From assembly GCA_047602405.1 (NCBI GenBank), contig JASGHJ010000001.1:1632001-1696000 (forward strand): DNA of 64,000 nucleotides, read 5' to 3'. The stretch comes from Anaeromyxobacteraceae bacterium. GTDB taxonomy: Bacteria > Myxococcota > Myxococcia > Myxococcales > Anaeromyxobacteraceae. The first letter of the stretch is position 1, and each line of letters begins with the position of its first letter. Below are positions 11,879 to 21,369 of this stretch, piece after piece. The translations under genes and the position numbers were made by a program. The notes below the pieces were generated by a model. The model did no database searches and had not been told where the DNA came from. It worked only from the letters and a program-made list of their open reading frames with translations.

Positions 11879-13366
11879 ATGGCCAAGAGGAGCACGCCGC
11901 CCGACGCGAAGTCGGGGAAGCAGCCGTCGGGCAAGCAGTCGTCGGGCAAGCAGTCGTCGGGCAAGCAGTCGTCGGGGAAGAAGCCCGCGCCCATCTCTCG
12001 CGCCGCGCTCGCCGGGGACGCAGATCCCCGGCTCGTGGCGCTCTCCGTCTCCATCCAGGACGACGGCGCGCTCCACGCGGAGGACATCCGCGGCAGCCAG
12101 GCCCACGTGGGCATGCTCGCGGCCCGCGGCATCGTCCCGCAGGCCGTCGCGCGCCGCGTGACCGCCGCGCTCGACCAGGTCCGGGCCGAGTTCGCGGCGG
12201 GCAAGATCCGCTTCGATCCCGCGCTCGAGGACGTGCACACCCACGTCGAGCGCCGCCTCGGCGAGCTCGTCGGCAAGGACGCCGGCTACCTCCACGCCGG
12301 CCGCAGCCGCAACGACCAGGTCGCGCTCGACGAGCGGCTCTTCATCGTGGCCGCCTGCGACCGGTGCGACGCGGCCCTCGCCGGGCTGCAGCGCGCGCTC
12401 GTCGGCCAGGCCCGCCGCCACGAGGCCACCATCCTCCCCGGCTACACGCACCTCCAGCGCGCGCAGCCGGTCTCGCTCGCGCACCACTTCCTCGCCCACG
12501 TCGAGGCGCTCGGCCGCGATCGCGACCGGCTCGCCGACGTGCGCCGCCGCGCGGCGATCTCGCCGCTCGGGTCGGGCGCGCTCGCCGGCTCGACGCTCCC
12601 CCTCGACCGCGAGGCCGTGGCGGCCCGGCTCGGGCTCGCGGGCGTGACCCGGAACTCGCTCGACGCGGTCTCCGACCGCGACTCGGCCGCGGAGCTGCTC
12701 TTCGCGGTCGCGCTCGCGGCGGTGCACCTCTCCCGCCTCGGCGAGGAGATCGTGCTCTGGACGACGAAGGAGTTCGGCTTCATGACGCTCGCCGACGCCT
12801 TCGCGACCGGCTCGTCGCTCATGCCGCAGAAGAAGAACCCGGACGTGGGGGAGCTCGCGCGCGGCCGCGCCGGGCGCGCCATCGGGGACCTCGTCTCCCT
12901 GCTCGCGATCCTGAAGGGGCTGCCGCTCTCGTACAACCGCGACCTGCAGGAGGACAAGCGGCCGCTGCTCGGCGGGCCGGAGGCCCTCGCGCTCACCGCC
13001 GCGGCGCTCGACGGCGCGGTCGAGACCGCCACCTTCCACGCCGACCGCATGGCGGAGGCGCTCGGCTCGGGCGAGGCGCTCGCCACCGACGCGGCCGAGT
13101 ACCTCGTCGAGCGCGGGGTCCCGTTCCGCGAGGCGCACGAGGCGGTCGGGAAGGCGGCGGCGCTGTCGGCGCGGACGGGCCGGCCCATCGCGAAGCTGAC
13201 CGCGGCGGAGTGGGCGAGCTTCCACCGGAAGTTCGAGAAGGACGTGCTCAAGGTGTTCGACGCCCGCAAGAGCCTGCGCCGCCGGGACCTCCCCGGCGCG
13301 CCCGGGCCGAGGCAGGTGCGGGCGGAGCTCCGGCGGTGGGAGAAGGCGCTGGGGAGGAAGCGGTGA
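11879..13366 (+). CDS. argH: Argininosuccinate lyase
   Basis: [46 protein letters not shown]. Confidence 0.97.
   Translation: MAKRSTPPDAKSGKQPSGKQSSGKQSSGKQSSGKKPAPISRAALAGDADPRLVALSVSIQDDGALHAEDIRGSQAHVGMLAARGIVPQAVARRVTAALDQVRAEFAAGKIRFDPALEDVHTHVERRLGELVGKDAGYLHAGRSRNDQVALDERLFIVAACDRCDAALAGLQRALVGQARRHEATILPGYTHLQRAQPVSLAHHFLAHVEALGRDRDRLADVRRRAAISPLGSGALAGSTLPLDREAVAARLGLAGVTRNSLDAVSDRDSAAELLFAVALAAVHLSRLGEEIVLWTTKEFGFMTLADAFATGSSLMPQKKNPDVGELARGRAGRAIGDLVSLLAILKGLPLSYNRDLQEDKRPLLGGPEALALTAAALDGAVETATFHADRMAEALGSGEALATDAAEYLVERGVPFREAHEAVGKAAALSARTGRPIAKLTAAEWASFHRKFEKDVLKVFDARKSLRRRDLPGAPGPRQVRAELRRWEKALGRKR
11911..11980 (+). repeat. 15-bp tandem repeat in the argH 5' end (SGKQ[P/S], about 4.6 copies)
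   Basis: GTCGGGCAAGCAGTC units read directly. Confidence 0.85.
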
Positions 13367-13581
13367 GGGTCCCTCGTCTTCGTCCGCTCATGCCGAGCGT
13401 AGGCTCCGCGGTGCGTAGCACCGCGGGCCGGAGTCGAGGCACGCTCGGGACGAACGGGCTCTTGATCGTTGCGTGTCTGGTCTTCACCGCCGCCTGCGGC
13501 GTGAAGGCCCCGCCCCGGCCCCCGAAGGCGCCCGCGGCGCCGGTGCAGCCCGCCCCCAGCTCCAGCCCGGACGGCAAGTGA
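13363..13581 (+). CDS. Small LptM/YifL/LppL-like lipoprotein
   Basis: Lipobox [13 protein letters not shown]; position upstream of lysA is typical; GTGA overlaps with argH and lysA. Confidence 0.7.
   Translation: MRVPRLRPLMPSVGSAVRSTAGRSRGTLGTNGLLIVACLVFTAACGVKAPPRPPKAPAAPVQPAPSSSPDGK
13371..13457 (+). repeat. Nested REP-like repeat, copy 2
   Basis: Outer forward unit enclosing an inverted inner unit; reverse complement nearly identical to 14830-14916. Confidence 0.85.
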
Positions 13582-14963
13582 ACCACTTCCAGCGCAGGCG
13601 CGGCGTGCTCCACGCCGAAGGGATCACCGTCGAGGCCCTCGCGGCCGAGCACGGCACCCCGCTCTACGTCTACTCGACCGCGACCCTCACCCGGCACTGG
13701 CGCGTGCTGCACCGCTCGCTCGCCGGCGTCCGTCACACCGTCTGCTACGCGGTGAAGGCGAACTCGAACCTCGCCGTGCTCTCGCTCTTCGCGAAGCTCG
13801 GCTCGGGCTTCGACATCGTCTCGGGCGGCGAGCTGTACCGCGTGCTCCAGGCGGGCGGCGACGCCTCGAAGGTGGTCTTTAGCGGCGTGGGCAAGCGCGA
13901 CGACGAGCTCGCCTTCGCGCTCTCCGCCGGCGTGCGGGTCATCGACGTCGAGAGCGCGCCGGAGCTCGCCCGGATCTCGATCGTGGCGCGCCGCCTCGGC
14001 GTGCGTGCGCCCATCGCGCTGCGGGTGAACCCGGACGTCGATCCCCGGACGCACCCGTACATCGCGACCGGCCTGCGCGAGTCGAAGTTCGGCGTGGACG
14101 TGGCCGAGGCGCGGCGGCTGTACGCGCTCGCGGCGAAGGACGAGGCCCTCGAGGTGAAGGGCATCGCCTGCCACATCGGCTCGCAGATCACGACGATGCG
14201 GCCGTTCCTCGACGCGGTGGGCCGGGTGCTCTCGCTCGCCCGCGATCTCCGGAGGCAGGGCATCCCCATCCGCCACCTCGACGTCGGCGGCGGCCTCGGC
14301 ATCCGCTACAAGGACGAGGACCCGCCGCACCCCGACGCGTACGGCGAGGCCATCCGGAAGGCGCTCGGCGGGTTCGACGGCGAGGTGCTGCTCGAGCCGG
14401 GCCGGGTGCTCGTCGGCAACGCCGGCGTGCTCGTCACCCGCGTGCTGTACGTGAAGCGGAGCGGGAAGAAGGTGTTCGTGGTGGTGGACGCCGCCATGAA
14501 CGACCTCGTCCGCCCCGCGTTCTACGACGCCCACCACGAGCTCGAGCTCGCCGGCCCGCCGAGGAAGGGCGCCCGCGAGATCGTCGCCGACGTGGTCGGC
14601 CCGATCTGCGAGTCGTCCGACTTCCTGGCGAGGAGGCGGCGGCTGCAGGAGCCGGAGCCGGGCGACCTCCTCGTCGTGCGCTCGGCCGGTGCGTACGGGT
14701 TCACGATGTCCTCGAACTACAACGCCCGCCCGCGCGCGGCGGAGGTGCTCGTCGACGGCGCGCAGGCCTTCGTGGGCCGCCGCCGCGAGACCTACGCGGA
14801 CCTCGTCCGGGGCGAGCGGCCGCTCCCGACCGCTCATCCTGAGCGTGCTTCGACTTCGGCCCGCGGTGCTACGCACCGCGGCGCCTACGCTCAGCATGAG
14901 CGGCCGAAGTCGAAGGGGGCGGGCGCGAAGTCGAAGGACCCGAAGCGCGCCCGGATCGGTTAA
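13578..14963 (+). CDS. lysA: Diaminopimelate decarboxylase
   Basis: YAVKANSN, HIGSQI, LDVGGGLG, EPGR, GPICESSD, AGAYGFTMSSNYN. Confidence 0.97.
   Translation: MNHFQRRRGVLHAEGITVEALAAEHGTPLYVYSTATLTRHWRVLHRSLAGVRHTVCYAVKANSNLAVLSLFAKLGSGFDIVSGGELYRVLQAGGDASKVVFSGVGKRDDELAFALSAGVRVIDVESAPELARISIVARRLGVRAPIALRVNPDVDPRTHPYIATGLRESKFGVDVAEARRLYALAAKDEALEVKGIACHIGSQITTMRPFLDAVGRVLSLARDLRRQGIPIRHLDVGGGLGIRYKDEDPPHPDAYGEAIRKALGGFDGEVLLEPGRVLVGNAGVLVTRVLYVKRSGKKVFVVVDAAMNDLVRPAFYDAHHELELAGPPRKGAREIVADVVGPICESSDFLARRRRLQEPEPGDLLVVRSAGAYGFTMSSNYNARPRAAEVLVDGAQAFVGRRRETYADLVRGERPLPTAHPERASTSARGATHRGAYAQHERPKSKGAGAKSKDPKRARIG
14830..14916 (-). repeat. Nested REP-like repeat, copy 3, inside the lysA 3' end
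   Basis: Inverted near-copy of 13371-13457, translated in frame as [29 protein letters not shown]. Confidence 0.85.
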
Positions 14964-15001
14964 GTTTCCCGCCTCGAGGCTCTCCCCCGGAGGTTCCGTA
15001 G

Positions 15002-15892
15002 ATGGCCAGGCTGGAAGGCTCCATGGTGGCGATCGTCACGCCCATGAAGGACGGGCGCGTCGACACGAAGGCGCTCGCCGACCTCGTGGCGTGGCAGGTC
15101 TCCGAGGGCACCGACGGCATCGTGCCCTGCGGGACGACCGGCGAGGGCGCGACCCTCACCGCCGCCGAGGCCGCCGAGGTGGTGAAGACCACCGTCGAGG
15201 TCTGCCGCGGGAAGGCGCTCGTCGTCGCCGGCGCCGGCTCGAACGCGACCCACGTGGCCATCGAGGGCGTGAAGTCGGCGAAGGCGCTCGGCGCCGACGC
15301 CGCGCTCGTGGTGACGCCCTACTACAACAAGCCCACGCAGGAGGGGCTCTACCGGCACTACGTCGCGATCTGGGAGGCGACCCGCTTCCCGGTGGTCGCC
15401 TACAACGTGCCCGGCCGCACCTCGGTCGACATGCTGCCCGAGACCGTCGCGCGGCTCGCGAAGGCGGGTGCCATCGTCGGCATCAAGGAGGCGACGGCGA
15501 GCATGGACCGCCAGGTCCAGCTCGTCGAGAAGGTCGGGAAGGACGCGCTCTCCTACCTGTCCGGCGACGACTTCACGACGCTCCCGTACCTCGCCTGCGG
15601 CGGCCACGGCACGATCTCGGTGACCGCCAACGTCGCGCCCAGGGCCGTGAAGGAGCTCGTGGTCGCGGCCCGGAGGCCCGACCTCGTGACCGCGCTCCGG
15701 CTCCAGGCGGCCATGGGCGAGCTCAACCGCGCCATGTTCCTCGAGACGAACCCCGGCCCGGTGAAGGCGGGCGTGAACCTGCTCGGCCGCTGCGGTCCGG
15801 AGCTGCGCCTCCCGCTCGCGCCCGTCTCCGACGCGAACCTCGCGAAGGTGCGCGAGGCGATGGTGAAGTTCGGCCTCCCGGTGAAGGGGTAG
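15002..15892 (+). CDS. dapA: 4-hydroxy-tetrahydrodipicolinate synthase
   Basis: GTTGE, PYYNKPTQEG, YNVPGRT, GIKEA, NPGPVK. Confidence 0.97.
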   Translation: MARLEGSMVAIVTPMKDGRVDTKALADLVAWQVSEGTDGIVPCGTTGEGATLTAAEAAEVVKTTVEVCRGKALVVAGAGSNATHVAIEGVKSAKALGADAALVVTPYYNKPTQEGLYRHYVAIWEATRFPVVAYNVPGRTSVDMLPETVARLAKAGAIVGIKEATASMDRQVQLVEKVGKDALSYLSGDDFTTLPYLACGGHGTISVTANVAPRAVKELVVAARRPDLVTALRLQAAMGELNRAMFLETNPGPVKAGVNLLGRCGPELRLPLAPVSDANLAKVREAMVKFGLPVKG

Positions 15893-15895
15893 GAC

Positions 15896-16699
15896 ATGAC
15901 GAAGGTGGTGGTCACCGGCGCCGCGGGCCGGATGGGCGGGACGATCATCCGCCTGCTCGCGGGCGCGGACGGCCTCTCGCTCCACGCGGCCGTCGAGCGC
16001 CCGGGCGGCCCCGGCGGCGACGCCGGCGTCGCGGCCGGGCTCCCGGCGAACGGCATCACGATCGGCCACGACCTCGCCGCCGCGCTCCAGGGCGCCTCGG
16101 TGGTCGTCGACTTCACGAGCCACGAGGCCTCCGCCCGGCACGCGGCGCTCTGCGCCGAGCGGGGCGTCGCGCTCGTGGTCGGCTCCACCGGCTTCACGCC
16201 CGAGTCCCGCGCGAAGGTGGCCGAGGCGGCGAAGCGGATCCCGGTCGTCCTCTCGCCCAACATGAGCGTGGGCGTGAACGTGCTCTTCGACCTCGTCCGG
16301 CGCGCCGCCGCCACGCTCGGCGACGCCTACGACGTCGAGATCGTCGAGCTCCACCACAGGAAGAAGAAGGACGCGCCCTCCGGCACCGCCGAGAAGCTCG
16401 CCGAGGTCGCGGTCGAGGCGCTGGGCCGGTCGCGCGACGTCCTCGCCTACGAGCGCCACGGCATGATCGGCGAGCGGCCGGCGAGGGAGATCGGCGTGCA
16501 GACGCTCCGCGGCGGCGACGTCGTGGGCGAGCACACCGTCTACTTCTGCGGCGAGGGCGAGCGGCTCGAGCTCACCCACCGCGCCACCTCCCGCGAGCAG
16601 TTCGCGCGCGGCGCCCTGCGCGCCGCCGGCTGGCTCGCCGGGAAGCCGGCGGGGCTCTACGACATGGCGGACGTGCTGGGCCTCCGGGAGAAGAAGTGA
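15896..16699 (+). CDS. dapB: 4-hydroxy-tetrahydrodipicolinate reductase
   Basis: [31 protein letters not shown]. Confidence 0.97.
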   Translation: MTKVVVTGAAGRMGGTIIRLLAGADGLSLHAAVERPGGPGGDAGVAAGLPANGITIGHDLAAALQGASVVVDFTSHEASARHAALCAERGVALVVGSTGFTPESRAKVAEAAKRIPVVLSPNMSVGVNVLFDLVRRAAATLGDAYDVEIVELHHRKKKDAPSGTAEKLAEVAVEALGRSRDVLAYERHGMIGERPAREIGVQTLRGGDVVGEHTVYFCGEGERLELTHRATSREQFARGALRAAGWLAGKPAGLYDMADVLGLREKK

Positions 16700-17448
16700 G
16701 GGTCTGCCGCTACCGCCTCCGCGGTCAGGACCGCTACGGCCTCGTCGAGGGCGACCGCGTGAAGCCGCTCACCGCGGCGCCGTGGTCGGGCGGCACGCCC
16801 GAGGGCGCGGTCGTCCCGCTCGCCGACGTGCGGCTGCTCGCGCCGGTCGAGCCGTCGAAGGTGGCCTGCGTCGGGCGGAACTACCGCGCCCACGCGAAGG
16901 AGCTCGGCAACGAGGTGCCCGTCGAGCCGATGTTCTTCCTGAAGCCCTCCACCGCGGTCGTCGGCCCCGGCGAAGAGATCCGCTGCCCGCCGCAGTCGAA
17001 GGAGGTCCACTTCGAGGCGGAGCTCGCGGTGGTGATCGGGCGGACGCTCACCCGCGCGACGCCGGTCGAGGCGCGGATGGGCATCTTCGGGTACGCCTGC
17101 CTGAACGACGTCACCGCCCGCGACATCCAGCGCGCCGAGAAGCAGTTCACCCGCGCGAAGGGCTTCGACACCTTCTGCCCGATCGGCCCGGTGGTGGAGA
17201 CCGGCGTCGACCCGCTCGACCTCGGCGTGATCTGCCGCCTCAACGGCCAGGAGCGCCAGCGCGGCTCGACGCGCGACATGGTCCACGACGTCTTCGCGCT
17301 CGTCGCGTACGTCTCGCAGGTGATGACGCTGCTCCCGGGCGACGTCGTCTCCACCGGCACGCCCGAGGGCGTGGGCCAGCTGCAGCGCGGCGACTGGGTC
17401 GAGGTGGAGATCCCCGGGATCGGGCTGCTCAGGAACCCGGTGGTGTAG
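16696..17448 (+). CDS. Fumarylacetoacetate hydrolase family protein
   Basis: [47 protein letters not shown]. Confidence 0.92.
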   Translation: MRVCRYRLRGQDRYGLVEGDRVKPLTAAPWSGGTPEGAVVPLADVRLLAPVEPSKVACVGRNYRAHAKELGNEVPVEPMFFLKPSTAVVGPGEEIRCPPQSKEVHFEAELAVVIGRTLTRATPVEARMGIFGYACLNDVTARDIQRAEKQFTRAKGFDTFCPIGPVVETGVDPLDLGVICRLNGQERQRGSTRDMVHDVFALVAYVSQVMTLLPGDVVSTGTPEGVGQLQRGDWVEVEIPGIGLLRNPVV

Positions 17449-17467
17449 TGGCCGGCGCCGCGGCGGC

Positions 17468-18112
17468 TCAGCGCTTGCGGCCGAAGAGGTTCAGCCGGAC
17501 GCCGACCTCGAAGGTCACCCCGCCGATCCAGGCCGGGTTGTACGCGAAGAACGTCGCGTAGGCGCCGTCGTAGCTCACCCCCGCGAGGAGATCGATCCGG
17601 TCGCCGAGCGGGATGGCGGCGCCGCCGCTCACGTGCAGGCCCATGCGGCGCTGGGTGCTCCAGCCGACGACCTGGCTCGTCGCGTCGGTCGTCGTGCGGT
17701 GGGCCGACGAGCGGGAGACACCGAGCCCGACGGAACCCTCGGTGTGCACCGGGCCGAGGCTGCCGAAGATCCGCAGCGCGGGGACCGCCACGAACTGGGT
17801 GATGCGGTCGAGCCGGCCCTGGTCGGCGGAGTCCCGCGAGGTCGCGGAGCGGCGGGCCTCGAGCTCGAGGCCGTAGCTCGTGCCGAAGCGCCAGCCGAGG
17901 CGGCCGCCGAAGGCGTAGCCGAGCGGCAGGTCGCCGAGCTCCGGCCCCTCGCCGGTCGGCAGGAACGGGCCGCCGAGGACGGTGAGCTGGAGGCCCCGCG
18001 GGCCGGTATCGGGGGCGTCCTCCTCGTCGACCTGCGCCATGGCGAGGGCCGGGGTCAGCGCGAGGGCGAGGGCTGCGAGCCGGGCGGAGGCGAAGCGGGC
18101 GGAGGCGAGCAT
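17468..18112 (-). CDS. Small outer-membrane beta-barrel protein
   Basis: Signal peptide and alternating amphipathic strands ending GVRLNLF. Confidence 0.65.
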   Translation of the reverse strand: MLASARFASARLAALALALTPALAMAQVDEEDAPDTGPRGLQLTVLGGPFLPTGEGPELGDLPLGYAFGGRLGWRFGTSYGLELEARRSATSRDSADQGRLDRITQFVAVPALRIFGSLGPVHTEGSVGLGVSRSSAHRTTTDATSQVVGWSTQRRMGLHVSGGAAIPLGDRIDLLAGVSYDGAYATFFAYNPAWIGGVTFEVGVRLNLFGRKR

Positions 18113-18208
18113 CGGTGGGTGGCTCCAGGGTGGTGGCCGCGGGCACAGGTTCTCCCGGCACGCACGTTCGGTCAACCCCTGGCCCCGTCCGTGGTCCCGG
18201 GCTATGGG

Positions 18209-18709
18209 ATGCGCGTGCGCGCGTACGTGGCGGTGGGCAGCAACCTCGGGGATCGGTGGGCACGGCTGGGCGCCGCCGCCCGCGGGATCGCGGCGCTGCC
18301 GCGCACGGCGGTGGTCGGCGCCTCCCGGGTGTTCGACACGGCGCCCGTCGGCCCGCCGCAGCCGCGGTACCTGAACGCCGTCCTCGCGCTCGAGACCGGG
18401 TTGCCGCCCGAGGCGCTCCTCCGGATGCTGCGCTCCGTCGAGGCCCGCGCGCTCCGCCGCCGCGACCAGCGCTGGGGCGCGCGCACGCTCGACCTCGACC
18501 TCCTCCTGCACGGCGAGGCCGTCCTGCGCACGCCGGCGCTGGTCCTGCCGCACCCGGGGCTCACCGCGCGGCGCTTCGTGCTCGCGCCCCTCGCCGACCT
18601 CGCGCCGGGCCTGGTCGTCCCCGGCACGGGGCTCGACGTCGCGGCGCTGCTCGCGCGCGCGCCCGGCGCGGCGGACGAGGTCGTGCCGGTGGGGCGCTAC
18701 CCGCGCTGA
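18209..18709 (+). CDS. folK: HPPK, folate pyrophosphokinase
   Basis: GSNLGDR, YLNAV, RWGARTLDLDLL, LPHP, RRFVLAPL. Confidence 0.95.
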   Translation: MRVRAYVAVGSNLGDRWARLGAAARGIAALPRTAVVGASRVFDTAPVGPPQPRYLNAVLALETGLPPEALLRMLRSVEARALRRRDQRWGARTLDLDLLLHGEAVLRTPALVLPHPGLTARRFVLAPLADLAPGLVVPGTGLDVAALLARAPGAADEVVPVGRYPR

Positions 18710-18715
18710 GCCACC

Positions 18716-19258
18716 TCAGAGCAGGTCGGGATCGAAGTCCGACGGCTCGAGCGCGTTCCACTGCCAGTCCATCGCGGCGAGCACGCGGGCCTCGTCGCCG
18801 TCGCGCTCCGGGAGGCGCTTCCTCGCCGGGCCGGGGGTGACGGCCCCCTCGGCGAGGCCGAGCCGCTCGAGGACCGGGCCCCAGCGCCCGGCCGGGCCGA
18901 ACGCGGTGACGACGCCGCGGCGGTCGAGGGCGAGCGTGGAGGGCTCCGCGCCGGACATGATCCACAGGCCGTGACGGCCGTCCTGCTCGAGGAAGTCGCC
19001 GAACGCGCCGAGGAGCTGGTCGAGCGCCGAGCGCAGCACCGGCCGCGGCGACTGGTACCGGCCCTCGGGCCGGAAGGTGTGCGACTCGAGGAGCACGTAG
19101 ACGACCGCGAAGGGCTCGCCGAGCTCGGCCGAGAGCGCGCGGAACAGCTTCATCGGCTCCAGCGGCGCGGCCGCGAGCTGCTCGGCGCCGCCCTCGAGGC
19201 GGCGCTCGTAGGTCTCGCGCGGGGCCGCGCTCCCGTCGACTCCGGACGTCTCGCCCAT
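18716..19258 (-). CDS. Hypothetical protein
   Basis: Host-like ORF; VYVLLESH, GRYQSP, FLEQDGRHGLWI look like conserved motifs. Confidence 0.65.
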   Translation of the reverse strand: MGETSGVDGSAAPRETYERRLEGGAEQLAAAPLEPMKLFRALSAELGEPFAVVYVLLESHTFRPEGRYQSPRPVLRSALDQLLGAFGDFLEQDGRHGLWIMSGAEPSTLALDRRGVVTAFGPAGRWGPVLERLGLAEGAVTPGPARKRLPERDGDEARVLAAMDWQWNALEPSDFDPDLL

Positions 19259-19303
19259 GGGGCGGGTCTACCACGGCCCAGGCCCGCGCGCAGGCCGCCG
19301 AGA

Positions 19304-19750
19304 TCACCGCGCGCCCGCCCCGGCGCCGGCCGGCTCGCGCGCGCCGCGGGCCAGGCGGGCCACGAGGTGGGCCATCACGCGCAGGGCGAGCGGCTCCAGG
19401 AACGGGCCGGGGCTGGTCGCGAGCCGCCAGAGGAGCGCCGCGAGGGCGGCGTCGCTCACCCGCTCGCGCTCGCTCGACCACCAGTCGGCGATCCGGATCA
19501 TCGGCCAGTGCGTGACCATGTCCTCGAAGGGCGCGGTGCAGGCGTCGAGCGCGCCCTCCACGGCCCGGGCGAGCGCGCAGGCGCGGGTGCTCGCCACGAG
19601 GAGCCGGATGCGGAGGGCGTCCTCGCGGGGCTCGAGCGCGTCTCCGCACGTGCGGGCCACGAGCGCGCGGAGGTCCTCGCCGCCGAGCAGCACGCTCACG
19701 GCGAGCGACGTCACCTCGGGGGAGACGTCCCAGAATCCGCCGCGCCGCAC
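19304..19750 (-). CDS. Hypothetical protein divergent from the feo operon
   Basis: 148-aa ORF with host-like composition; start uncertain. Confidence 0.5.
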   Translation of the reverse strand: MRRGGFWDVSPEVTSLAVSVLLGGEDLRALVARTCGDALEPREDALRIRLLVASTRACALARAVEGALDACTAPFEDMVTHWPMIRIADWWSSERERVSDAALAALLWRLATSPGPFLEPLALRVMAHLVARLARGAREPAGAGAGAR

Positions 19751-19833
19751 GACCGGAGGCGTGCGCGCGGGTCGGGTCCGAGTCCTCGCAGCCGGGGCAT
19801 TCGCGGACCCGAGGGCCCTCGCCAGAGTTGCGA

Positions 19834-19850
19834 ATGAGACGCAGTTTCAT
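19834..19850. promoter_or_regulatory. Possible second iron-regulator-like inverted repeat
   Basis: ATGAGAC-GCA-GTTTCAT (6/7 inverted match), AT-rich in a GC-rich background. Confidence 0.35.
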
Positions 19851-20121
19851 GTTTCGAGGGTAGGCGGTACCGCGGCGAAGATCAACCCGGGCGGCCAGGA
19901 GGGGCGCCGAGAACGGTCTCGTTCCCCGTCGGCGCGTGCGGCAAGTGGTCGCGCTCCGGCCCGCGCCGGATCCCCGCAAGAGGCCGATTACCGCCCGGAT
20001 CCCGGGCGTCTCGCGGCGGAGGGCGACCCGCCGTCGAGAGAACGAGTCGCAACAAGACGCATCGAAATTGATCCCGCGCAAGGTCCGGCGCGGCGGGTGC
20101 CTGTAGAACGGCGTCCGAAGT

Positions 20122-20136
20122 TGAGAATGATTCTCG
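20122..20136. promoter_or_regulatory. Fur box
   Basis: TGAGAAT-G-ATTCTCG 7-1-7 inverted repeat about 50 bp upstream of the operon containing feoAAB. Confidence 0.8.
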
Positions 20137-20184
20137 TTTTAGTTTGCAGTGCCCGCGCAGCCGCAGCTCTCAGGAGTGCCCGCC

Positions 20185-20922
20185 ATGCCCCTCGCCGCCT
20201 CGCTCCGCGCCGCCGTTCACGCGCTCACCGCCGCCGCGCTGCTCGCCGCCGGCCCCGCCCTCGCCCAGGGCGAGGAGGCCGAGGAGGTCGCCGGCGACGA
20301 GATCGTCGCCGAGGCGCTGTTCCTCGCCGACACGCTCCCGCCGGGGAGCCGGGACTTCAACCTCCAGCTCTCGGTGGCGCGCGACGAGGCCCACCGGCTC
20401 ACCACGTCGCCGACGCTGCAGTTCGCGGCCCCGCTCGGCGAGCGGCTCGGCTTCACGGTGGACGTCGGCATCCCCCGGGACAGCGGCGCCCTCGAGAACC
20501 CGGCCGCGTCGCTCAAGCTCGTCCTCCGCGAGGCGGCCGCCGACGCGACGGGCCTCTCGGCCTGCGCGGACGTGTACGGCTCGACGCACCGGGCCGCCGA
20601 CACGGAGGTCGCCCTCGGGCTCGGCGCGCTGCGCGCGGCGGGGCCCCTCGCGCTCCGCGCCTCGGCGCTCGTCGCGACCGGCGCCGGCGCCTGGGCGCCG
20701 CACCTCCACGCCGGGGCCTCCGCGGCGCTGGCCCTCTCGCCGCGGTGGCGCGCGCTCGCCGAGGTGGTCGCCGAGGTGAGCCGCGGGGGCACCGTGTTCT
20801 CGGCGGGCCCGACGTTCAAGGTGGCGCTCACCGACACCTTCGCGGTCATGGGTGGCGCGCTGTTCGAGCTCGGGAAGAGCGCCCTGCCGGTGTTCACCCT
20901 GCAGCTCTCGAGCACCATGTGA
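20185..20922 (+). CDS. Putative outer-membrane beta-barrel, first gene of the feo operon
   Basis: Signal peptide ending ALA, acidic N-terminus, amphipathic strands; SD CAGGAG. Confidence 0.6.
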   Translation: MPLAASLRAAVHALTAAALLAAGPALAQGEEAEEVAGDEIVAEALFLADTLPPGSRDFNLQLSVARDEAHRLTTSPTLQFAAPLGERLGFTVDVGIPRDSGALENPAASLKLVLREAAADATGLSACADVYGSTHRAADTEVALGLGALRAAGPLALRASALVATGAGAWAPHLHAGASAALALSPRWRALAEVVAEVSRGGTVFSAGPTFKVALTDTFAVMGGALFELGKSALPVFTLQLSSTM

Positions 20923-20932
20923 GGAGGCCGCG

Positions 20933-21139
20933 ATGATGCCGCTCGGGCTGCTCGGGGTCGGAGAGTCGGGAGAGATCGTCGGGGACGTCGCCGCGCAGCG
21001 CGCGGAGGACCTCGGGCTGCGCGCGGGACGGCGGGTGCAGATGCTCGCCAACGTCGGCGGCCCCGTGCTCGTGAAGGTGGACGGCTCGCGCATCGCGGTG
21101 GACCGCGGCGTGGCCATGCGCATCCAGGTGAGGATCTGA
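20933..21139 (+). CDS. feoA: FeoA family protein
   Basis: RAEDLGLRAG, GPVLVKVDGSRIAVDRGVAMRI. Confidence 0.85.
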   Translation: MMPLGLLGVGESGEIVGDVAAQRAEDLGLRAGRRVQMLANVGGPVLVKVDGSRIAVDRGVAMRIQVRI

Positions 21140-21141
21140 CC

Positions 21142-21369
21142 GTGAACCTGTCGAACCTGAAGCCGGGCCAGCGCGCCCGCATCACCGCCCTCGGGGCGCT
21201 CGGGCCGATGAAGCGCCGGCTCATGGACATGGGCCTGCTGGCCGGCGCCGACGTGGTCGTCGAGAAGGTGGCGCCGCTCGGTGACCCCATCGAGGTCCGC
21301 ATCCGCAGCTACCACCTGTCGCTCCGCAAGGCCGAGGCCGAGGGCGTCGCAGTGGAGGTGCAGCCGTGA
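21142..21369 (+). CDS. feoA: FeoA family protein
   Basis: RRLMDMGL, APLGDPIEV, LSLRKAEA. Confidence 0.93.
   Translation: MNLSNLKPGQRARITALGALGPMKRRLMDMGLLAGADVVVEKVAPLGDPIEVRIRSYHLSLRKAEAEGVAVEVQP

Noticed and set aside
9125..13225. Very long antisense ORFs (1366 aa here; also 40500-45143, 48614-52180, 59849-62860)
   Set aside because: Shadow ORFs of a high-GC genome, opposite genes with clear motifs.
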